Positions 49,270 through 59,989 of a stretch of DNA of 64,000 nucleotides are shown here, piece by piece (position 1 is the stretch's first letter; each line of letters starts with the position of its first letter). The DNA is from Bilabrum cf. latius (Eukaryota). The translations under genes and the position numbers were made by a program. Under the pieces are notes generated by a model. That model was given only the letters and a program-made list of their open reading frames with translations, had not been told where the DNA came from and did not search any database. Location of the stretch: assembly GCA_965178125.1 (NCBI GenBank), contig OZ237748.1, positions 1,054,001 to 1,118,000 of the forward strand, in the 5' to 3' direction.

Positions 49270-51111
49270 TCAATCTTTTCTAAAAATTTTCTTCTTACTG
49301 TGAATAATTTGACATTCACCTGATTGCTCCAACTTCATACCCCCAAGGTTCGTTGATAACTTTAGAGGTAATTCTTTCTCACTAATGAAACCATCCGTGT
49401 TGACATAGTGAATGTTTTCAAGATATGGCTCAATCATTTTGGACAATTTACTTCGTCCAAGTCCAGTCAGAAAGGGGCCCATTCTTGCGTAGGCTGTTTT
49501 GTAATCGTACTCTTCGTCATATAGTATACCCGATACAAGTCGTCCAGATGCTTTAGGATAGGCGTTCTTTAATTGTCTAAAATTCATACAATCACCATCT
49601 CGGAGTGTTTTTGTGATTGTGTTTTTCTAACATAGAGAACCCCAAATATTATTTAGTATCTCCTTCGCACACTTCAATCCCTATTTTTTATAACCGTACA
49701 ATCGCTCAATCATCGTTTTGAACAGTCCATTTGCCTTCACCCTTGTTGTCTCATCGTAAAGTAAAGCGTTGGCTTCACCGTCTTCAATCAGAGACACCTA
49801 AGCGCCCGTCTCAATCGCTCGGTTAATGTCATATTGGGTATAATAATTGTTTTTTCTTTTTTGTACTAATTTAGAATTGAGATTTTCAATATGTACCCTA
49901 AAAATGCCGTACGGATAGAACCCACTGGATGGTACTTTAAATTGTACGAACTTACCCCTTCTAACCGGAAATGTAAATGTACCCTTCATAATACTTGGAT
50001 AAAATGAGTTAATATCGTACTGGTATGCGTTTTTCAATGTAGTATTCTTGTTTGCCCAATTCAATCCACCACCTGATGCTCTTGAAATCCATAGTGCTTC
50101 AACTTGGTCAATCGGGTCGGCAGGGTAAAGTTTGGAAAACTTACTGAAATACGACTTTACAAATAGGGATGTTCTAAACATAAATCGTGATAAATCCATA
50201 TATCCACCCGTCTCCTTCGCTAATGCCCTTACATTTTTCATCCGTTCTTCGTGTTTTGTTCTTAGTTCTTCCTTGGACTTGACTTCAAAGATGAATTTAT
50301 CCTTGGAAACTGATGTAATGCCTTCTGATTGATACTCACGGTCTCCATCAAATAGTAAATAAGAATTCTCGGATTGATACAAGCGGGTAATTAGCGTACA
50401 CGGTTCTTTAGACGGCGGTGTAAATAATTCTTTCTAACTAATGGGGGGAACATACTTGTAATGCCCATTTGTTAATGATACAGTTAGAAGACGGTCAAAA
50501 TGAGTTTTTCCAGATGTGTATTCAAAGTCGCCCACAACGTTAATACGTATTTCTAGTTCGTCTTCTATCTCTGGTATTCTTCTGTAATCAACGGGGTCAT
50601 CACGCCCAATTTTCAAGAATTCTTTCAGGTCGGACTATGACATTCTTTTAATAGTAGTTTTCCATTTGCCTTTTGCGTTCTTTACATTTACCTTACGACC
50701 AACTGAAAAAGGAAAAGCCTGTTTTATAGCGTTATATAAACAATCGTTATGTTCGTCAGCACCGCCTTCTGGTTCTGGCTTTCTAATAAGCAGTAGTTCA
50801 AAAGAATTCAATTTTCTATATTCGTCGTCATCGTCGTCTTCGTAGCCCGCCCATAAACTATCTTGATTTTCTAAATCATCTGTAGTAATCCAAGTGCTTC
50901 GTGTTCGCCAACCTGTATCTTGGTAATTGATATTCACCTTAAATTTAAAGTCATCAAACGGATTTTCACCACCATCGTCGTAATCACGAATAAATTCCAA
51001 GACATTTTTTACGGTGATAAGGTCCTCGCTCTCAAATCGCATACTCCATATTGGTTTCCCATTAAGACGCAATTTGGTTCTTTGGGGTTCCGTAAAATCG
51101 ATTTCGGGCAT
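49270..51111 (-). CDS. polB: Protein-primed family B DNA polymerase, 613 aa
   Basis: Four ORF pieces in one frame split by TAG. Motifs YDINSFYPS, KEILNNIWG and YVNTDGF. Confidence 0.92.
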
Positions 51112-51130
51112 TCTATAGTATCTATTATAT

Positions 51131-51162
51131 TATAGAATACGATAATTATTCTTAAGGTACGA
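51131..51162 (-). promoter_or_regulatory. Bipartite putative promoter upstream of pPolB
   Basis: TCGTACCTTAAG-N9-CGTATTCTATA. Confidence 0.7.
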
Positions 51163-51168
51163 ACTCAC

Positions 51169-52830
51169 TCACTTCTCAATTTTACAGAGGAATTTGGAAA
51201 GTTTTCCTTTTTTGTTCTTTGGTGGGTTCTCTTTTATCCATTTTTGAATAGCGATGCTATTCTCAACACTCAGCTGTTTCTGGATTTTCTTATGGACTTG
51301 TTCCGTCGGTGTAATCTCCTTTTCTAATTCCAACTATTCAATCGTTTCCTACTGCTATGCGACTTGTTTCTGTAGTTCTCTAATCTACTCTCGAAGAACA
51401 TCTACCTCGGATTTTGCTTTTTCCATCTCAGCAGAATGACGAAGTGCCTAAAATTTAGATTGGAAGCCTTTTAGTAAGTCTGCGTGTTTCACATTAAATT
51501 CTTGTTTTCTCTATTTGTTCATCGTTGAATGAACACCTACCTCTGACAATAGTGTTTTAATCATAGGTGTACCAAGGTTCTTCACTCTACCGTTCAGTTC
51601 CTGCTTTAGATAATTGCGGAATTCCAAGACTGTCATTTTAAAATCTCTGCCTTCGTCCAGCCACTCTTCTTTTAGAATTTTTAAAACCGGATGTGCGCCA
51701 TCAAGAATTCCTTTGTAAAAATTCTTTGATTTTGGTGCGAATTGTCCTGTAAAGTCTGGTGATGTATCATAGATTTCAACCAATAACATATAAAATGCCT
51801 TAGCCACTTCTGGATTTTCTGTAAAACGTTTTAGTGTTGTAAAGTATTCTTTGTCTCCTTTCTTAGATGTATTCACATCCAAAACACAATATCTACGGAT
51901 TTCCTCGGTGATTTTGATTGGACTATCATTCGTATCAATAATTAAATTGAATGTATTCGGACGACTTTCGGATTTGACAAACTTCTCATTACAGGAAAAG
52001 TGTTTTTCCGTAATAAGATTTCTTAGTGTTGCCTACATGGCGTCCCAAATAGTTGGCGAGGCTTTTGGAATTTCATTAAAATTGACTAATAGTTTCCCGT
52101 CCAGAATTGAGTTGAAGGCGTCGGGTTGAAGCATCTTGTGTGTAAGCGTCTATAGTGTGAGGGTATATCCGAGTAGTTTTCTCATAAGGAAGGTAATAAT
52201 CATCGATTTACCAGTTCCTTGTGGAGATTTCAAATATAGTGCTGTACCCAACTTCTTTCCGCCCACAATAACGTGAGCCAACCACTTCATCACAAAATCA
52301 CACTATTCTTTGTCTTCTGAAGTCCACACCTTCTGGATATGTTCGTAAATCATAGTCGCGCCTGCTTTTGCGTCTTCGGTTAAATCCTCTATGTTTCCAC
52401 AGTTTTCCCGTGTAAGTATAGGTGAACCCATAACGTTAATTGTTTGATTGTCGTAATCAACGGTAGGTGAATTGAATTTTCTTACAATCGTAAATACGTC
52501 GGTATTCTCATTTAAGAACCAGTCTCGTGCTGACCAAGTCTTTACTCTTTTGTTGCCCACAATCGCGTAAATACAGTGTCCCCCAATCAGGTAATTTTCA
52601 GTAATATTTTTATTCGTAAGGAACTACCAGACTGGTTTCTGGGGTTCGTCATCACTTATGTTATTCCGATTTAATTCAGATGCTATTAGAAAATACACCC
52701 CGCCACCTTGTTCGTGGGTGCGGTAGAAGTATTGTTTAAGGTATTGAATACATTCCTCTTGTTTTCCGGCATTACATAGGTCCATAAGGCTTTTTGACGA
52801 ATACGCTTTAGTCGGCAGAGTGAATGACAT
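51169..52830 (-). CDS. Superfamily 3 (D5-like) helicase, 553 aa
   Basis: KWLAHVI..KKLGTALYLKSPQGTGKS, FNSILDGKLLVNFNEI, NLIIDTND; coiled-coil tail. Confidence 0.88.
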
Positions 52831-52844
52831 TTTTGTTGTTGTAC

Positions 52845-52876
52845 TATAGAATACGAAAATAATCCTTAAGGTACGA
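52845..52876 (-). promoter_or_regulatory. Bipartite putative promoter upstream of the helicase
   Basis: TCGTACCTTAAG-N9-CGTATTCTATA. Confidence 0.7.
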
Positions 52877-52887
52877 TACGGGGCATC

Positions 52888-53943
52888 TCAATTTTCTATA
52901 TCCCACTCCAAAATTAAATTAGGAGCAATTTCTTGGATTTTATTCTTTGGTTCCCACGTCCAATGTTCTGGTTCTGGAAAATCTTTCCATTCTATTTGAT
53001 ATTCTGTTTCGTTCTCGGATTTTATTTTTTTTGGGAGAAAGATTGTCTGAGCATCTCGGTTATTGTCCTCATTATCAAAGTCGATAATCTGTAATTCCTC
53101 TTTTGGATAAGCCACTAAATCATCCTAATCCACAACATATAAGGGTGGTTGTCTCGGTCTTAATAATACTTTAGTTATCGTTTTGATTTCTGGATTATAG
53201 CGTAAATCTGAAGCACGGAAATTTCCGGATAATTTTTGCTGTAAATTTGTAGCCTTTCTGGGTTCTTCTAATGGTATACGAACTCTTGTACCCTCTTCCA
53301 ATATATTACAAGCGTCTCCTTTACACTACGTAAAGTCGAAGTGTTCTGGGGGTAAAGGTGGTTCTTCTATATACTTTTCTAGTTGATATTCATTATAGTT
53401 TTCAATGATGTTTGGAAGCATATCCACCCATTCTACGCTTTCATTACCTGTATTTAACTCATTAACGTTCTATAGGGTAAATATGGCTTTTCCCAACGTT
53501 TTATTTAGGTTTTCCACTAATGCCTGTTGTCGGTGGCGACCTGCTTTATTTCTTCGTACAAATACATCGGTCTCTTCTAAATATCTTTGTAAAGCGTTAA
53601 ATTCTTTTCCATTATCTATTTCCAAACGGTGCTGCGGTTTCTGGACATTACCACGATTGAAAATCTTTTTTGATGCCTTTAATACTTCGTTCTAACGCTT
53701 GGTTTTGAGCGGTTCAGCATCGGCCTACTTTGTATGTAAATCAATAGCAGTTAATGCGTATTTATAATTATTGTCGTGGGGTAATGATAATAAATCCATT
53801 TGTACCACTTGGTGAGGTTCTGGTACATTTACGTGGGGTCGATTTACTCCTTTGGGTCGTTTTGGTCGTTTCATTAAATTTACAATACGACTGTTGGGAT
53901 AAATGTTTAGGGATTGTAATATTCTTTCAAAGGCGCTACTCAT
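52888..53943 (-). CDS. Retroviral-type (rve) integrase with C-terminal chromodomain, 351 aa
   Basis: QMDLL, YALTAID, IDNGKEF and LVENLNKTL (DDE); EYQIEWKDFPEPEHWTWEP (chromodomain). Confidence 0.92.
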
Positions 53944-54008
53944 TTGCTATATAGTTGTATCATTCTCCTTACTTTTGTAAAGTAGGGAAAATAATTCTTG
54001 GGAAAAAA

Positions 54009-54248
54009 TCATTTGGTTTTGGTACTTTCGTGCCATTCAACTACAATTTGACTTAAATCTTTAGCTTCCTCAAAGTCAGCAAGCAGGTCATCGTCATCAT
54101 CATAATTAATCCAAATAATAGTCTTTGTAAATTCAAGGTACTTTTTGGCCATATCGTATGCTTCTCGTGTTGTAATAAACGGGACTGATTTAAGACATTC
54201 TTTGGTCGCCAAGATGTAATTCTCGAGTTCCTTTTGTGATTTTGCCAT
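54009..54248 (-). CDS. Hypothetical viral protein, 79 aa
   Basis: Clean ORF behind the bipartite upstream motif. Confidence 0.65.
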   Translation of the reverse strand: MAKSQKELENYILATKECLKSVPFITTREAYDMAKKYLEFTKTIIWINYDDDDDLLADFEEAKDLSQIVVEWHESTKTK

Positions 54249-54262
54249 TTATGTGGTTGTAC

Positions 54263-54294
54263 TATAGACTACGTAAGTTATGCTTAAGGTACGA
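54263..54294 (-). promoter_or_regulatory. Bipartite putative promoter upstream of the 79-aa ORF
   Basis: TCGTACCTTAAG-N9-CGTAGTCTATA. Confidence 0.7.
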
Positions 54295-54309
54295 CATTTC
54301 CACTTTAGG

Positions 54310-55324
54310 CAATCAATTTTTGTGTTTTTAATTGGAAAACAATTATAATTTGTTTTTTATTTTCCTTTTAATTTTTATGGTGGCATCATAGGAATTACAA
54401 CATTTAATTTTAATAGGGAACTTAATTTATTTTTTCTAAGTCTCTTATAATTGACCTGTAAAATTGACAAGTTTTTTGGGGACTTTTCGAAAGGGACTTA
54501 AAATACGTTTTCGTTTTCCTTTTAATTTTTATGGTGGCATCATAGGAATTACAACATTTAATTTTAATTGGAAAATATATTTATTCTTTCTAAGTCTCTT
54601 AAAATTGACCTGTAAAATCTCTCAATTTTAATCTTTGAAAAAGATATCAAAAGAGCGGAGGGCAAAGCCCGAGCATCTTGGGGGACTTTTCCAAAGGGAC
54701 TTAAAATACGTTTTCGTTTTCCTTATAATGTATCATCTCTTGGGTAATCGGTTTGGTTGCTTCGGAGAACAATTTAGTCGCTTGGGAAATCCTTGGGAAA
54801 TCCTTGGGAAATCCTTGGGAAATCCTTGGGAAATCCTTGGGAAATCCTTGGTCGGTTCATCGGTCGGTTCATCGGTCGGTTTATCGGTTTGTCGCTTGGG
54901 AACATACCTCGGTCTCTTGATAAAATACCTTGTTCTCTTGGGGAAATCCTCGGTTGGTCTCTTGGTCTCTTGGGAATTCATCCTTCCGTTCCTACAGCAA
55001 ACACAGAGATATTTTGGACACTTGGTTAATTTCTTCATTTTTTCCTACTTTACTAAAACATCTCTGTCTTTGCTGTTAGAGTTTATAAGGGGGTTAAATA
55101 TTAGAATTCTTCAATTTACCCCTACTTCGTAGGAGTAAATTTTATATCTGAAAATGGGTACATAGAGGGGTTCTATAGGGGTTCTTGGGGAACCCCCTGT
55201 GAAATCATTTAGGTTTATAGGGGAAACACTTGAGTTGCTAAATATGCCTTTAAAGGAGGGGCGAGCGTAGCGTAGCCCTCGTCCTAAACGCTTGGTGTAC
55301 CTACCACCACCTGTTGTCCCCCCC
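54310..55324 (-). repeat. Right terminal inverted repeat
   Basis: Reverse complement of 37839-38853. Confidence 0.95.
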
Positions 55325-58300
55325 GCCCGCCTTTGCGCTGGATAGCCACCTGGAATCCCTCGAGGATTTCCCCAACTGTGAAGCCACCCTTGGACACGAA
55401 GGAGGTGGGGACCCACACCTCACCTGGTCGTGACCGGCTGGCCTACTTGTGAAGGGCCCAGCCCTTGGCGTCATACAGGGGACGTAGAGCACCGCGCATA
55501 CCATAAAGTGCGCCCGACAGGAAGGACAACTTGCCGACCAAGGTCTCAAAGGTAGACAGCAGCATCCCCTTCGTCGTGAGTGCCTCGTGCAGTCTGCGCA
55601 GGACGTCGGTGGCCTTGTCCTTAGGGCACCGCACCTCGTGTTTGATCAAGTCGTAGGTGAGGCCCAAGTACTCGAACACCGGGGCTGGGGCCCCTTGCTT
55701 CAATGCTTTCGAGATGCTGACGGGGAAGTTTGTGGAGTCCAGCTGCCCCATGGCTCGAATTGCCCATGCATCGACTTCGTGATCTCCGCCGAGGCAGGCA
55801 AAGTCATCTACAAACACCTCATTTTCGACCTACCAATGGCGGGACTAGTCTTGGGCCGTCTTGACCTGTCCCGTTGTCGTGCTAGCGGCAGGCGGGGTGG
55901 ACGTTGCTGACGAGTTCGCCTGGGGCGCCTGGTCCGTCGTGCTGGATTGGGCGTTGGCGTGCTGCTGCTGCCGGCGTCGTTGCTTCTGCTTGTGTCTCCG
56001 TCCGGGTCGCATGGCCCTGCCAATGGACTGCTCCTCGAGGGCTTGGGCCAAAGCCGAACTGATCGTAGTTGCGAACGCGGGAGATGATGAGCTGCCCATA
56101 GAGAGCCTGAAGTCTTGCACGATGCGCCCGTCGGGCAGCTTGATCAGGTTGTATTGGAGATCCTCCACTGCCACCGGCAGGACCCGAAAGTACGAGGAAA
56201 TGTCGACGACGTATCCGCTGGCACGCTTGGGGCAGGATCGAACTGCTGCGGCTGCCGAGCGCAGCACGTCCATGCTGCTCGTCTGCTGCACAGGCGTGGC
56301 TGCACTGTAGTCGATGGCCTTGTTCAGACCGGTACGCTGGCCGTTCACCTTGAGTGAGGAGTCCTGAAGGAACCGTAGCTTTGTCGAGTCCTTCTTGGGG
56401 ATCACCAGCGGCCGGGCCCGGGCTGTGTCGAAATCTTTGGGTGACACGAAGTCACGCTCGCCAGCCCGCATGGAGCGCCCGATCTCGCAGGTGATCTCCC
56501 ACTTTTCTTCCGGAGACAGCTTACGGTCCTTGTTGTCTAGATCGTGCTCTTTGGGCACCTCGTCCACGATGGCTAGGGGGCAACCATAGTTCAGTGCTGC
56601 CAGTACACGCTCGACTCGTGGGAGGGCTTTGAACTCGGCAAGGGACGGGGCCTTCCTCGGTGTGCGGCCGCCAAACAGAACCTCCCGCCGAGTCCGCAGT
56701 GTTGCAGTCTAGCGAGGCACCTTGTCGAAGTACTTGCGTGGCGTGAATGCCAGCGGGTCTTCGTGAACCTTCAGGTGGATCCGCTCACGGTCCCACGTCG
56801 CAGCTGGAGCCTCCACGAATTCGCCGGGACAGTCTCTGGTACGCTGGTGATCGTCCTTTCGCTGGATGAAGTCCTCTACGGAGGGTGCTGTCGTCCCTGC
56901 CCACTCATGGCTTGGATCCGGAGCTGGATATGCCCAGTCAACGAATGCTGGAGAGATGTCCGTCCTACCTGGCAGCCTCGTGGATGACGCCGTGGGCGGC
57001 CGCTGCGGTCGCTTAGGGCGCGCTAGGGCCACCAGGACTGGGTGAAGCGCGGGCGTTGACGTGACAGGTGGTGTGGAAGCAGCACACGCGTCCGATGTGG
57101 TGGTAGTCTGCGTACGCCCCTGCGGCAGTGTTGGTGTTGGAGTGCTGGGCTGGCTCTGACGTGACGTACCTCGTGGGGGAGGGTCAGGTGAAGGCTCCTT
57201 GGACTTCCTGGTGGAACCCCCGTCCTGCCGGTCCGCACGCTGGTGCTGGCCACCTTGCTGGCCTGCACCGCCACGTCCACGGCCTCGACGGTGTCGACCT
57301 CCGCCACGATCGGTACTGGGCTGGTCGCTGTCGCCCCCACTGCGCCTGGAGCCTCCACTGCCCCCGCCTCCACTGCCCCGGCCTCCACTGCCCCCGCGGG
57401 GGTCGAAGTGACGGGACAGTGCTGCTCGACGGGACGGCGCCTGCATGTCAGCCTGGACTCCCTGTAGCAGTCCGCGCACGAGGCCAGGTTCGCCTGATCT
57501 GCATGCCTCAGTGGCCCACGGATGCAGCAATTGTAGGAGACGCATGCAGTCGCCAGAAGAGCACGAAGGAATCTCATTCCCAACAAGGTCACGAATCTCA
57601 ACGTCACAGCGTTCGCCTGTATGGCGCCAAGCATGGGAGGAGAGCATCTCAAAGGCTGAACTTCCGCGTGGTATCACACACACAGCGGCAAACACCACCT
57701 CTAGTCGGGACGCCGATGCAGATGATGCCCCGGAAGCACTAACCAAACGAAGAAAATCATTGCGAACCTGCCCCAGGGTTTTCCAATCGGGCACTAGTGA
57801 TGCTGGACACGACCACGAGCTGCTGCCCTGCGGCAACCAGGACGGCAAGGACGCCGCCGAATGCACGCAAGCAGCGCGCACGAGCACACAGCCTAAAGCA
57901 AAGGAAATAGCCGAGTAAATAGTGCATAGTAACTCGCTAGATGGCACCTACTTTTCTCGTCCGCCTGCAGCAGACGACTCCGAGTTGGACGCATCGAACT
58001 TCCCAAAACTAGCATTGCTCATCGGCAGAGCTGCATGAAGCCGGCTCGTGAACGAGAAAATAGCCGATGCAATCTTGGCTCTCGTCACGGCCTGACCAAA
58101 CAGAGCACGGGCCAGTTCTGCAGCGAAATCGCGGCCGCTAGCGTCCAAATGAAGCGCGTCAGCCTAGCAAAACCGCGGCATGAACGCGGATTGGCGAAAG
58201 ATCGAGGTCAACGTTGCCAAGAAATCATCAGAAAACCAATTCTGCATTCGAATTGCAGCGATTGAAGGTGCAGAGGCCTCACGCTACAAAATCTCCACTG

Positions 58301-59684
58301 GTTGCGAGCGAACGGCCGCGGAGTCCACTGCCGTGCCTGCGCCCGGTGAAACTGGGTCAATTGAAGACGCAGGCTGCGGTGAGGCAGAAGATGACACAGG
58401 AGGTTCACGGGGTGGCTGATGAGCGGGTGTAGCGTCGACCGGTGGCGGGGATGAGTGCATCGAGGCTGCCAGTCGGTGCGAGAAGTACCATTGTAATTCC
58501 ACGTGGGCGGAGAGGCGCGACAGCAGCTCTTCCTGGCGCAGAGTCGGAATGCTGTGCCACAGCGCAAACAGGCGTAGATGCAGAATTGTCGCTGGGTCGG
58601 CCGTTCCCCGCAGCGTCGTGGAGTGCAACACTGCCCGTTGGAGATCCCCAGGAAGGCGGCCCCAGACCGCGTCAAGCTAGCGGCTGGTGCCCGGAGTCAC
58701 GCCGGGGGAGTCGTAAGCCGGAGACACACGAGGAAGAAGAAGCTGAGGGCCTGCCGGGCCCGTTGACCGTGATGCTGCACTGCTGAGCGCCTCCGCGAGC
58801 ACTGTCGGATCGCCGAAGTCCCGAGTGCCTGGTCTACCGGGGATCATGCTCGAGGCAGGTGGAGGTTGGTGCCGCGGGGGTGAAGACGTTGAGAAGTTGG
58901 GCTGGGCGCTGCGCTGGGTATCTGCTGCTGTCCCCGGGGGCCCGCGGTTCGGGGACTCGTGCAGGTGGGCCCGCCCGCCGCGCGCGAGCGGGGCCTGCCG
59001 CGTCGTCGAAGAGCCTGGCCGCGCCCGCAAGGGCGAAATTCCGCGGCCTGTCCTGGTGGCACTCTACGCCGTTCGGTCGCGTCCAGGTGAAGCATGGATG
59101 GCGGCGCCGAAGTCGAGGCGTCCTGGTGGCCGATGCCGTCCGCTAAGAGGAGCTGTCCGCCGGCCCGTCGGTAGTGAACTCAGGGACCATGGAGACTCGA
59201 TTGAAGAAGGAGCCTCTGGAGATTGCTGAACATGATGAAGACGTACTTGTCCTGCGAGTCGCTCAGGCTGTTGCCGTCGAGGAGAGCTCGGCGATGCCGG
59301 CAGAAGCAGCCGTGCACCGAGAGTCGTTAGCGTCCCATTTGACACGAACTTGGCGAGAGCGGTGCTCTTGACAGCATTAATGGACCGTGATGCCGTGAAG
59401 GACTGCTTTGATGAGTACCTGTCGAGCAAATAGCACAGGAACCCCGCATCGTGTGCACGTTGAAGATCAAGATCTCGAGGCGCCATGGTGTCGCGCTGCA
59501 CGTTGAGACGAGCAATGAAATCCGAGAACACAGCATCATTCATACCATATCGAGTAGCTAAATCGGCCAACGTGACCGCAGGTTGGCCTACCGCGCGAGC
59601 GAACACTGCAGCTGCGGCGATCACCCTGGCGCTTCCAGGTGCCCGCGCCGCCGGGTCGATCCGATGGCTACCGGCGCTGTTCAT
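55325..59684 (-). pseudogene. gag-like + RT part of the family-3 polyprotein, disrupted by the virophage
   Basis: Seven ORF pieces in one frame separated only by TAG. Motifs VIPKKDSTKLRFLQD, VDISSYF, SMGSSSSP, FVDD and YLGL. Confidence 0.85.
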
Positions 59685-59989
59685 GTTAAATGAACGGAGC
59701 AGGAACTTTCTTCAAAAATTACCCAATCTCCGCCCCTCTCCTGAACACAGAGAGGGTATGCGCGTCATCGCAAGCAATCCGTTGGCTTGGTCGCACCTTC
59801 CCGGTCGCAACCGCCATCGGAACCCAACGAGACGTTCACGCGCTCCCACTCTGGCATCAACACCGAACCCCATCCGGCGTTAGGATCATAATAAAAATTC
59901 GCTCAACTGAAAAATCTTTAGATTTTTTAGTTTTCTTCTTAGAAATGGAATATTTAATATTTTTATAGAAATGGAATTTTTAATTTTTC

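Larger units (their letters stand above)
37839..55324. mobile_element. Endogenous Mavirus-like virophage (provirophage), apparently complete
   Basis: AT-rich island with 1015-bp TIRs and TSD GCCCG (37834-37838 and 55325-55329). Encodes MCP, penton, ATPase, protease, pPolB, SF3 helicase and rve integrase. Confidence 0.93.
35738..59888 (-). mobile_element. Ngaro-like YR retrotransposon, family 3 copy 1, interrupted by the virophage
   Basis: A1 59713-59888, B1 36070-36199, A2 35894-36069, B2 35738-35867. RT lies to the right of the virophage, RNaseH and YR to the left. Confidence 0.92.

Noticed and set aside
39093-54248. Ciliate-type code (TAA and TAG both Gln)
   Set aside because: TAA terminates several genes right at their expected ends and was not seen inside the frames I read.
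37839-55324. Decayed viral pseudogenes, or a contaminating code-15 bacteriophage
   Set aside because: Only TAG interrupts the frames, the genes are virophage-type, and the TSD junctions restore the retrotransposon ORF.
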